From: Oopsacas minuta | Taxonomy: Eukaryota > Animalia > Porifera | DNA: 64,000 nucleotides | Direction of reading: 5' to 3' | NCBI GenBank assembly: GCA_024704765.1 | Contig: JAKMXF010000343.1 | Span: forward strand, 62,001-126,000 | In this document: one piece after another, positions 36,313 through 49,600 of the stretch | Numbering within the stretch: the stretch's first letter is position 1 | Layout of the letters: each line of letters opens with the position of its first letter | Notes under the pieces: generated by a model | What the model was told of the DNA's origin: nothing | Databases searched by the model: none | Seen by the model: the letters and a program-made list of their open reading frames with translations, nothing else | Translations under genes and position numbers: made by a program

Positions 36313-36663
36313 CCAACGATAATTTTCCCAAAACACAAATGTATTTCTATATATATTCACTCAGCCTATAGCCCTATACAGTCACATATCCCCTGGCTTC
36401 ATTAATAATTAGAAATTACACAAAAGGCTTCGAATAGTAATCATCAGAGATTTGGTCTACATGCTAATGTCTTTACAAATTTCCAATATTTTACACAAAA
36501 GAATTTATCTGTCATTGTTTGACGGTATTTGATACTATTCTGCCATTATTCGTAGCATTTACATGCGAATACATAACTGTTACAGACAACTCCTGATATA
36601 TCGAAGCTCAAGGGACCGAGATACTTAGATATATCCGATGAAATTATGTTACTTTGATGGTCA

Positions 36664-36808
36664 TGTCATTAACTGAGCAGTAGTCCGACACACAGAGGCA
36701 CAGGTCACGAGTGGTGAGAGGGAGAGTATCCTTCATCTTGGATGGGATCAAGAAACACGACATTCCCAACAGCTGTACCTCCTCCAATTGGACTTGTTCC
36801 ACCCGACA
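36664..36808 (-). pseudogene. Inverted, degenerate fragment of the cyclin gene (parent about 1294-1438)
   Basis: The reverse complement reads tgtcgggtggaacaagtccaattggaggaggtacagctgttgggaatgtc...gatactctccctctcaccactcgtgacctgtgcctctgtgtg..gactactgctcagttaatgacat, which aligns by eye with the cyclin ORF. Confidence 0.85.
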
Positions 36809-37651
36809 CAACACATTGTTTATTAGATATTTATTTATTTTAATTCATTAATTTGGCCTCTCAAAACGTGACCAAAAAGTTCCATCACATCAATCTTGAT
36901 ATGAATAATATTCATTCACCGTTTATTGCATAATATTTGAAGCAATGCATAAATGAGCATAGAACATTTGTATGGGAATTACTATAGGAATATTTTCCTA
37001 TAATATATTCTGTAAATGTATGTAAGAGTGGCTAGCACTCTTTTCTTCTATTTTATTCTGAATATTCTCGTATATGTAGAGTGTGAAAATGTCCAAATTC
37101 ATGGAAATTGGTCATGAGCTGTTAATTTTGTGCATATATATGGACCAAAACTTACATGTTCCACGACCTCCTATATAGGGAGATACTCTATTACGTGCGT
37201 CCGTCCGTCCGTTCGAAAATATTCTGGAAAAAACTGATCGCGATATTCCATTCGATCACTGCTGTAAAATGATCAGCGACCATCCTCCGATGGGAACTAT
37301 ATGAATGTAATGTTAGGGATATCACATCTCTTGCAATTCCTGTTTCAGCCTTATAGTAAAACTTTACACTAATATCCATACAGTAACTCCTGTTAATCCA
37401 AGCTCAATGGATCGCTATGATTACTTCGATATGACCGATGGGGAATATATGTTACTTTAAAGGTTTGGGACCTTATTTGCACAATTTCACACTTCGATAT
37501 AACAGGCGTTTACTGTATTTCTACACTTATCAAGGTCAAACCGATTAATCACATTATAACACCTATTAATTGAGTATCACTCACCAGTTTATAGTATATT
37601 CATGTTCCCATTTTAGTAGAAGTGTCAGCTCCAGATTAAACCTGTAATGAG

Positions 37652-40600
37652 ATGATTGCAGTAACTACTGCTGGGCTGGTAGCAACGCAGGATTTACAGA
37701 GTATATTAGTCAAACTTGAAGCTGTTGACTCAGGTATTATGTTATTATTTGTGTTTACTGTAACATAGTGCAACCTCATTAATACGCATCTCAGTATAAG
37801 ACGAAAACATATTTACACAAATCCTGTCCCTACAGGGCTTATTCAATCGGATTAAGCGTTCCTAGAGTTTTGTCCAGACAGTGTAGATAAGTAACTAATG
37901 AATGAACTCCACAATCATTGATTCTCACATTTGTCCCCTGAAACTTTATCTATAAGCCTATTAGGGTATCATTTCTATTTATAGTAACACTAGCTGAAGT
38001 AGCACATAGAGAATACCAACAGGCTCATTACGATAACTCAGAGAAAATCTGTAATGAGTTATGGAGAAGAGAGCCTGATAATACTGGATGTCTATTGCTA
38101 CTATCTTCTATACATTTTCAATGTAAAAGATATGACAAGTGAGTATTTGTAATACAATGCTCTGGTTAATCGGGTCACTTAACCAGAACATGCAAATGTG
38201 AATATTGTATTTCTCACTCTTTTCTCAAAACTGATCATCAATTTTGTAATAATATCTAGATTTGAAAATTTTATTATTTTACCCACTTCAACTACACATT
38301 CAGAGGCGTCAGCTAAGGCATCTCAAAATACTGAGTAGTACAGTAAGTCTCAAACCTTTTCCCCCGCAGACCCCCTAGGTTCAATTTTCCACGGAGTTTG
38401 AGAACCACTGGAGTAGCGAACTGGCTAATTCTGTAATCGTTTAATATCACAAAATTATCCAATATTTCTAATCACATATTATCCTTGTCTCTGTTTATGT
38501 GTTTTCTTCTTAAGACAATAAATATAGAATCTCCCTTTCCTCTTCATCACGTAACAGCTATCGCATCTTTTCCTAATTGATGTCTTAACCTTCATTCCTC
38601 TTGTCTGTGTTACCATGGATACCAACCCGGTCTGTTGGAATGTTTGAGGTCTGATTGAGAGATTTATTAGTTGTCTTAGAATTGTAAGTGCAGACATTTC
38701 ACTTGGAGGTATATATTAGCTAATAATATGACTCTAAACTAGGAAAATATTCGCGGAATTCGTGATATTTGAAGGTGATTATTCATATTCTAACACCCTT
38801 GGACGGGGGACCTAATATATAATGACATACTACATACCATGAATCATAGCATTCTATACATGAATCTATTCACAACTCCCCTAACGTGCTTCTGTGACGT
38901 TGAAAGATAAGTTATGTCCCAGTTTCCATAGTTACCTCGTTGGTATTTTGGTTACACCCCTCAGTGAGGGCCATTATTCAGAGGGAAATTAAGAATGGTT
39001 CACTCACAAACTCGCTACATTAATAAGTGATTTAGTTATAACTTGTATAATATTAATTATAATAGTAACTGTTTTTGATGATGATTCTTATTCCTCAAAC
39101 AGTAAACATACATTCTCCCGTTCTTCCTAATCCTCCTACAGTATCTGCATTTCCTTCTAACTTTCCATAGCAAAGTAGCATTGATAGATCTCTGAGTTAT
39201 ATAAGGAGTTGGTAGAGATATTTGAGGAGTTATGAGTGAGGTTATGTGAGGTTGAATTGTCTGTGTGAAGTGAGAGAGAATGCGTAGAGAATTCCGCAAC
39301 ATTTTAGCTATATTTTGAAATTTTGTTATTTCACAAACAAATACGCCACGTCCCCCCCGTATGCTGTTACGTATTTAACCATGGATGGCGGATTAGTTTA
39401 TCTGCTTGGATGTTAGTCAAGGTCAGTTTGAGGGCACTTCGTTATAACGAGAGTGTACTGTAAATCCACCAGCCATGGTTAGATAGTTAATAAGTATATA
39501 GAGAACGAATTCTCCTATTATTATAAGTAAGTATTAAGAATATACGAATAAACGACACATACACTACATTCCTATTACTCATACTGTATAACCAGTAATC
39601 CTCCTCTTTTGATAATGTTTAACTGGTTCCATAAAACACATCATATAAAGTCTCCCTCGCTTCTTCATCTGTCTACAATGCCTACATTTCTTCCTCAATT
39701 GAGTCACAAGTCTCGGGGTTTTCTGCCTGACTTGAGTTATGTTGACTGTTGGGAATAGATTAGCGTTCGTTAGTGTAAGAATGGAATGTTGATTTATATT
39801 GTAGAGTTTCGTGAATAAGCTACGGAGCTGTGATGTCATTCTATTTGCTATTTGTTAACATAATACGTAAATAAATTGTGTACTTTCTCTTCCAGCCTGG
39901 ACTAGATTGAAGTTACCCTATTCGTACTTACAACCATTAAAATTTCCCCGGATTTCCAAGTTTACATCCGCCATGCATAAATAGCAATTTTTAGCAAATT
40001 GTTGGCAATATCCCAATTAAGCGAGGTCTACTCCACTTTTTTTTAATAGAAAAAGGTGTGAGAATATGATTAATCATTTAATAAAACCTACAAATAATTA
40101 TCACTCTCTAATACTAGCTAATTACCCTACAATCCGATTGAATAACATTTCCCTCCTGAATTATGAACCCCACTAGCTCGGGGGCTAGAAACACTCCACT
40201 CGTACCAAACTTTATTCTTCCCAACCCGTCTCCAGAAATTGACCAAAACCCTATCTGCATATTCCACATACAGGGGCTGTCGTATAGGGAAATACATAGG
40301 GAACCAACTGAACATCCCTATAGAGTACGTAGTAGGGTGTATGCTTATTGTAATGTCTTTGTATAGATTACTACTGAAGTATCCTACAAAACCATGGATA
40401 ACAGAGTTCTGTGAGAATTCAAACTGGAGTTGTGTGTAGCGTTCATTCGAATTTTGTTGTAAATTGGGGTGTGTGAATGTGAATAACGGTTTGCAGGGTG
40501 CGGGGAGATACACGTTATGAAGATAGACTACATATGGGGTCTCGTATGGCGCTTCTGCCGGTTTTGACGGGTCGACACAATTCGCAAGGGCGTTGTACAA

Positions 40601-43600
40601 CTTCGTACTTGAGACTGGGGCTAGAAATGATGTATAGCTTGTTGGTATACTAATCGCATCCGGTTTTAACAGGTGTTGAGCTCCGTCTAGGCATTCCGGA
40701 GAGAGTTCGTTGTCACCAAATGAGCCTAACAACTCACTAACTATTATATCGGCCAATTCAGGTGGTGTCCATAGCCGCATATCTGATGACACTATGGTTA
40801 CTAAGCTGTTCCATTCTTTAATATTGAGATTACGTAGTGTGATAATTGCATTAGGATTCTTCTCTACTGCGAATATTTTGACAGAAATCCCTAGATACAT
40901 ATATGGTTAAATGGAATGTATACATCTTAACTCCCCACTTACCTGTGGCTTTACTCGCACTGATTGTACCTTTTACAAGTGGCCCTCTACCAGCCCCAAC
41001 TACCATGACAACAACATCTTTGCCTTGGTATGTCTCCCTTTCTTTGATGTCTAATAAAGCTTGCTTCACTGCCTCTTCATACCGCACGTATTTAACTGGG
41101 TCTTTCTCAAACATTTCATAAGTCTGGGACTCTAAATTGTCTTGTAACGGTTGTAACGGACACTGTAGGAAATCCTCATAGCCTCTAGCGAATTCTCTAA
41201 CCGGTGATTCATTGTCTCGTATACTCCAGAGATGTTGTAAATACTGTATGTATGTAGTTATACCCATTAGTTTATTAACGTGATTCGTACCTGTTAAAAT
41301 GCCTTGACAGTTTAGTTTGAAGAGGGAATTTATGACAGATTGTGTGGATTTGTTCAGTACAGGAAATCCTTTCTGGTTAGAAGAGAATGATTCTGTAGAG
41401 ACTGAGTATGCCTTCACAGGTTCTCCTGTCCATCTGTCTATAACCATTGCTTCTACACATCGAGTGCCTAGTAAATACAAATAGCATAAGTAGAAAATTA
41501 CAAAATTACATTGTGTGCCGACAGCTTAGTCTATTCATTACATTTTTGTTTCCAGAAGGTGTACGTCATTTCCGAGTTCTATTGCATAGTCAAATGGTCT
41601 AGCTACTACAACCATGTCCTTAATTCCTATTCCTATGTCATCCACAACTCACCTATCTCTAATACTACAGATATCTTCTTATTACACCCACAGAGTGCGT
41701 AGAACTTCGTCCACCATTCCCAGGGGTCTTCTCTTCCTACCTCTTCAATATTGAATGAATATTCCTTATTTAACGGATAAGTCAGAGGTACTTTAACCCA
41801 TACATGCTGGTTAGTTTGCTGTAGATAAGCTACTAGACTACTGGATAGGTTCTCACAGTCACTACTATTAAGCTCCACAAGTACTGCTGGTATTGATAAG
41901 TGTGTTGCATAGCTTAGTTCTTCATAGAATGCCTTTTCATGTGATTCTCTTACCTAATGAAATTGAGCGATATTTACACCAAGGGGTCAAGGGTATTGAA
42001 TTGGCCCGATGCAAATCAGGGGCTTCGATATATCCGTGTTGGATATAACGGAGTTAACTGTTTACCAATTACCCCAAACACTCGTAACGCTCATAGCTCG
42101 ATCCGGCATTGCAAATATTGTTACCTTCTTGCTTGAATGTTCCAAATTAATCCAAGATGATATCTTCCCTACAATCAGCTGATTCCAGTCATTAGTAGAC
42201 AGAGTTAGGTCCGATCTACTCATCGGTTCCTCCCTTTTATCAGCTGTGTTATCACAAACACCTCCTCGTACATACCTAGGTCCCGCCATATTGACACATA
42301 TAAAATCGAAACCTTGACCAGCTGATTCACTAAGAGCATCGTAGAGATGAGATGTGTAGAAGTAATCTCTACCACAGGAGAACTTTGCTTCTCTTGACAT
42401 GGCTATACCCCAAGGGGAAATAATTGCAATGGATGCAGGTTATTAATACCCTTGGGAGTAGCAATACATCCGGTGTTCTTATAACCAGCATGATAATTAT
42501 TTCGGCAGGTCATAATATGTCTGAAAAGCCGTACGTCTTGCAAAAACCGGGACGGTTATGTAATTTATTACCCCGGAATTAACATACTATGACATTCCTA
42601 AGCAACGAATTGATCACCATGATGAATTATTAGTAATGTTTGCTACTAATGCAAGTGGCAGTATATAACGAGTACTACAGAGTAATCTCTATAAACTGGG
42701 AAAAGGGGTAGCATTTTCGGCGTCCCGACCCTGGCAACCTGTTTGTCCAGTTATATATATATCTCTATAGATCAGCATCATTCAGTAGTCTAGCTATCAA
42801 GAAGAATCCTGGATTAGCCGAAGCTTACTCTAATCTAGGAAACGTTTATAAGGAGAAATCTCAGCTGACAGAGGCGTTAGAATGTTACCATTATGCTGTC
42901 AGACTTAAACCTGAATTTGTGGACGGTTATATTAATCTAGCTGCTGCAATGGTAGCTGCTGGCGACCTGGAGCAGGCTGTACAGGCTTACATAATGGCTC
43001 TACAGTATAATCCTGTGAGTATAGATTGTGTATTCCAGGGATGTTTAACTCAAAACAAAAGCCAAATACAAATGCAAATACGAATACGAATCATATCATA
43101 ATATCAAATTAAATAATACTCTATAGGATTTATACTGCGTCAGAAGTGATTTGGGTAATCTGCTCAAAGCTCTAGGCCGTCTAGAAGATGCTAAGGTTTG
43201 TTACGTAAATACCCGACAATGGCTGTCCTCAATAATCCAATATATTTATATATCTTATGTGTATAGAGCTGTTATACTAAAGCTATAGAGACAAGACCAG
43301 ATTTTGCAGTAGCCTGGAGTAATCTGGGTTGTGTGTTTAATAGTCAGGCAGAAATATGGTTAGCTATATACCATTTTGAGAAGGTAAGAGTAAGCACAAG
43401 GGATTCGGATGCTTAGTATATTTAAGATATGAATTGTAAGACGATGTTCGCATATAACAAGAGTAACTTTCTATCAAATTCAGGAAACGGATCGCGTTTC
43501 TCGAATATAAAATACTCGTGTTATGTAATTTCAGGAGCCCTGGCGGACACCTTAATGACTAACCAATGTCTCTGAAGACTTTGGCAGGATACGACTATAA

Positions 43601-46600
43601 TATTAAAATAATTAATATCCTTACAGGCTGTACTAATCGATCCTACATTCTTGGATGCATACATTAACCTCGGTAATGTATTGAAGGAAGCAAGGATATT
43701 TGACAGGTATGTGTAATACAAGTAATGCTACTCCCAAGGATGTTCTTATAACCAGCATACACTGTACTTATAGGATGGTACTCATATATGTAATTTAACG
43801 GTGATATGTATTTCTGTGTAGAGCTGTTTCTGCTTATATACGAGCACTCAATCTCAGTCCTAACAACGCTATTGTACATGGAAATCTTGCTTGTGTATAC
43901 TTCGAACAAGGGTGAGTACAAGAATTGTATCAATTGAATGTTTGTAGGTTTATTACTTGCCAATTGTCTCGATTTTGGAAGGTGTGTTTGCATATATTAG
44001 CACCCACGGACGGGGACTACATACCGTGAATCATAGCATTCTATACGTAAATCTATCCACCAACTCCCCTACCTTACTTCTGTGACATTGAAAGTTACTT
44101 ACTAATGGTATTTTAGACATTTGGAGTTAGCAGTAGATACATACAGAAGAGCTATAACATTACAACCACACTTCCCAGATGCTTATTGTAACCTCGCTAA
44201 TGCACTCAAAGAACAAGGAAAGGTAAGAAATACAAAATCCGTACGAATAAAAATAATGATACAGTGTAACCTACACAAGCAGGGAATTTCTGTAAACGGA
44301 GTGACAATAGAGCAAATTCTAGCCCCCCCATGCATGCAAATGAGCCTACACAAGTGAGGTAGCATTTTTCGACGTCCCTGTACTAATGAACAAGGCCCGC
44401 AGAAACCATGAGCACATATAAGCTTAATATATCTCATTATATGTTCCATATAAAGCAGAAATATCCGATAAACTAATAAATAATCTATAATAATCACATA
44501 GGATATGTATCAGGCCATCTATTCATCTTAGCTAATATCTGCATCATTACTTCATCAGCCCCAGCCCCAATACTCAACAGACGGACATCTAAATACAGTC
44601 TACTCACTTCCACTTCATCCGTATACCCCATGCCTCCCCAATACTGTAGACAGCTGTCCGCTACCCTCCGTGACAACGGCCCTGCTTTGAGTTTAGCCAT
44701 GGTAGCAAGGCGTGTGACGTCATTTCCGGAAATATACTCTTTCGTCGCTCGATACACTAACGATCTCAGAGCTTCTATCTCCGTCTGTAATTCACACAAT
44801 TTAAACTGTACAACCTGATTGGCTAATATTGGCCTACCGAATGCCTTCCTTTGATTGCAGTAATCAGCTGTTTCTGATATAATACATTCCATTGCTTTTA
44901 GCACGTTTGTAGATCCCCATAATCTCTCCTCTTGGAACTGCATCATCTGGTAGTAAAATCCTTTCCCTCTCTCCCCTATGACATTAGCTTGAGGGACGAT
45001 TACGTCATCAAAATGTATTAGCGCTGTATCTGACGAGTTATTGCCTATTTTAGTTATTTTCTTTTCGATATGAATTCCTTTGGTGTTCATTGGTAGACAA
45101 ATGAGTGATTTATTCTTGTACGGGTTTTTCTCGCCAGGCTCTGTAATTGCTAGACAACACATCCAGTCAGCCTGTGTCCCACTTGTGATCCACATTTTGC
45201 CACCTGTAATCACGAAATCGCTTCCTTTCTCACGTGCGGTTGTTTTTATACCGGCTACATCCGATCCGGCCCCTGGCTCACTAACACCTATACAAGCCAC
45301 GTAATCGCCGCGTATACTCGGTTCAAGGAATTCCTTTTTCAACTGTTCGTTGCCATGTTTCGCCAAAGCTGGCGTTGCCATGTCTGTCTGAACACCAATC
45401 GCCATTGGGACCCCTCCATTTTTGACATTCCCTAGGGTCTCTGCGATGGCCACGGAGTATGAGAAATCGAGTCCCAAACCTCCATTTTCTGTCGGTTTGG
45501 TAACGCCCAATAACCCGTGATTACCGAGATTCTTGAAAACCTCTTTCGCAGGGAAAATCCCTTTCTTCTCCCATTCCTTTACAAAAGGGTTAATATCACG
45601 TTCTATAATTTTGTTTAGCATTTCACTCATTTGATGATGTTGTTCTGTATAGAAGCCAGGGGCTGGAGATAGAGAGGTGGAGTATAAATAAGTCTGTGTT
45701 CTTATGTTTGTTGTTAGTAGACGGCGGATTGGAGCGAGTCTTGATAGCATCTTATATTATTTTTACTAAATTGGTATAAAGAGTAGACTCCAATTAATTA
45801 ACAGGGTCACCAGCAAGGTTTTATCCAGGATTTCTGGACAGACACTCTTTTTGGACGGAAACAAATTGTTCATGTGCTAATATAAGTCTCACGGTCGGCA
45901 CTTTGTGTCCTTCATGGATGCTGACCCTGGACTCACCGGTTAATCGTTCCAATTGGCCATAAATACCCTATTAAGCAGAGCCTACTGTATTGTTAACAAA
46001 TGGTTTGTTTATTTTGCTAAACTTTACATTATCTGCATATGTATTGCCTGGAGCATAGACTATGACTGGAGTCATCAATGATATCAATTACTAATCAAAA
46101 GAATATTCTCAGAAATTAATTCAATACTCGTAATGGTACGAGCATGGGCAAGGGCTTCTAGATGAACTCGCAGAATGGTGCGAACGGATGTACGGTCGGA
46201 CCGAGTACGTATATCATATCCCTATGATACATTTTTAGGTACAAGAAGCGGAAGAATGTTACTTCACAGCTCTACGTATGTGTAACACACATGCAGACAG
46301 TCTTAACAACCTAGCTAACATTAAGAGGGAACAAGGAAGTATTGACCAAGCAATGACTCTATATCTAAGAGCTTTAGAGGTTTATCCAGAATTTGCTGCG
46401 GCACATTCGAATCTAGCTAGCATACTACAGATGCAAGGGAAGCTACAGGAAGCATTGCAGCACTACAAGGAAGCTATCAGGTAAGTATATCCCATAGGTA
46501 GGATATACAGTAAACTCCCGCTATATCGCAGCTTAAGGGACCGCGATAATTACTTCGATATAGCCGATGATACTGTTTGGGAACACAATTTGTACGATTT

Positions 46601-49600
46601 CAGACTTTGATATAAACGGGTATTTGGATATTTTAGGATTTGACCGTTAAACCCTTCCCTTATAGAATACATCCTGGATTTGCAGATGCATACTCTAATA
46701 TGGGTAATACACTGAAGGAGATGCTAGATACTCAGGGAGCTATTCAGTGCTATTTGAGAGCTATTCAGATTAATCCAGCATTTGCTGAGGGGCACTCTCA
46801 TCTAGCTTCTATATACAAGGTATTTGAGTAAACAAATATACAGGCAAACAAACAAACAAACAATTATCAACCATCAAATTACACACCTCAATAATTGCAT
46901 AATATCCTATAGGATACAGGTAATGTAATGGAAGCTATCAAAAGCTATAGAATGGCTCTCAAACTTAAATCAGAATTTCCTGACGCGTATTGTAATCTCG
47001 TGCACTGCCTACAGGTAAAACTAACTACGTAATACTTCAAGGAAAATATTAGGAGACATATTGATAGTATAGTGGAATCTCAAAATAGGGTCTTCTAGAA
47101 GTGGACAACCCTCTCTACAAATGACAACGGCCCTCTACCCAATATGCTCATTGTTCGAACGTCCCACTGTATTATCAGTATGAAAGTGCTACAAATAAAT
47201 TCACCTTCCGTATTTGTTTATTAGATTGTTTGCGACTGGACAGACTATGAAAACAGATTATCAAAGCTAACAGACATTGTAAAGGATCAAGTCAGTAAGA
47301 ATAGACTCCCATCTGTACATCCTCATCACTCTATGCTATATCCTCTTACTCATAATTTAAGGAAAGCTATAGCAGTTAGGCATGCTGCTCTATGTCAAGA
47401 GAAAGTACGTTTAATATATTGTGGATGCCGGTTATAAGGACACCCTTGGGAGTAGCAATACATGTTTTACCAGTCGAAATATTCCAGAGGATGGTGCTAT
47501 ATCCGGTGTTCTTACAACTGTATCTACTGGAGGTATTTAGCAACGTTCTACTCCCTTTAGATAGCGATACTACACAAACCAACTTACGCACACAACAGAG
47601 ACAAGAATACAGGTTCCAGACTGAGGATAGGTTATGTGTCTTCAGATTTCTGTAATCATCCTACTTCTCATTTAATGCAGAGTATACCTGGATTCCATAG
47701 CAGAGACAAATATGAGGTGAGTGATAGCTATTGGAGAATATGAGTTTGTGTGCTTCCTTCTAGATCCAACTTGTATCATAATTATATAGACAACACATAA
47801 AATAACATATACTACGTATTTCAACTGGAGGGACGCCAAAAATGCAATCCAATTCCCCGTCTGTGGAGGTTACACAGATATTTACTATTTTTGTAATTAG
47901 ATATTCTGCTATGCTCTTACTCCAGATGATAACACATCATTCCGTAAGAAAATACTTCAAGAATCCGAGCATTTTATAGACTTATCACAGGTATAGTATC
48001 TTAATACAGTGTATGCTGGTTATAAGAATAACACATATGGAGTAGCAATACATGTTCTTATAACCGGCATCCACTATTTAAAATATCAAGATTTAGTAAA
48101 GTAACGCTGGAAATTGATTAATTCTTGCCCCCATGGTACGAATCCTATCATGCCATCTGTTATTCATGATAATAATATCCAATCAGATTCCAGACAATGG
48201 AGACGCAGCAGATAAGATCTACAAGGATGGAATACAGATTCTCATAAACATGAATGGTTATACTAAAGGAGCAAGAAATGAAATATTTGCATTGAAACCT
48301 GCTCCAATACAGGTACAGTGTATCCTCCACAAACGGGACGCCGAAAAAGCTACGCCGTTTCTGGGGTTGATTTATATGGGACTAGGAATTCGCTGAATTA
48401 ATTTTTACTGGGTTCAGAAATTCAACAGGCCCCGTTTATATAAAATTCCCCTATATTGTGTAGGTAATGTGGTTAGGATATCCAGGTACTAGTGGAGCTA
48501 ATTACATGGATTATATAGTAACAGATAGTATAACATCTCCAGCAGATTTAACTGATCAGTATTCTGAGAAACTAGCTTACATGCCTAATACCTTCTTTGT
48601 AGGAGATCACAGGTGAGAACTTAGAAGTACAGTTCGAGTAATCGGACGCGATAAGTACTAAAAGTACAACAAAGGAAAGTGAATATTCGTTCCGCATGTT
48701 GACTTGGTCTTAACTCCCAGAGAATTGTGAGATTAAGGTCCCGAACACTCCGTTATAGCTAGAGTTTACAATAATGATTATTTGATAGATATCCTCCGTC
48801 CTAATTATACTTCTATAAAAGGCAATTAGATTAATATCTATAAATAAACATCCACATAGTCACAATCTGAAAATTCTTAATCCAATTAGACAACTGATTC
48901 AATAAGCTCATGTCTATGCATGTGATGTATCTTATGATCATACTTAATGAGAGAAATATTAGGTCTCATTGGTGATGGTGATAGAATTTGAAATGGGTTG
49001 GAGTTTGAGAAAATAGATTACACAAGTCAATTGGATATTAGAACACTGACGAAATTCATTAAAAGGGGGCTGTAATTTGTACTTCATATCCGTTCCGTAT
49101 TAATACCTGGCTTATCCCATGATTTCACGTCTTATCGAGGGGAAATTTTTGGAAATCCGGGAGTTTTGCTATATTTCTAATAATTTAGGTAATAACGTGA
49201 AATATGGCAAGGGGCTAGCAAATATGCGAGATACACTGTATTTCAAACAGTGTACAGACAGTCAAATTTAAATATCCCACACGTGGATACAGCTCTTGGC
49301 AACCAGTCCTGACAGATGGGATATATAAGCATACATTATAATCATGTTATATAATAGATACATGTTTCCACACTTGCTTCTGGAAGGTTCAGGCACTGAC
49401 CAGACAGAAGAGATTAAAGTAATAGACTCACAAGCTGGAGTTATTCAGATTAATAATAAAGTACACTGGCCAATGCATGTGTCTATTATACAGACTATGA
49501 TGCAGAATAGTAAGATACAAGCTGGAGTTATACAGGTATGTAAATGTAGAGATATCAATACTGGGGGTAACAATATAGTCAACTCCTGTTATATCTAAGC

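Noticed and set aside
44494-45750. Horizontal transfer of the intronless ACAD or TMEM104
   Set aside because: The ACAD has a mitochondrial presequence-like N-terminus and both belong to families known in animals; lack of introns alone is not evidence.
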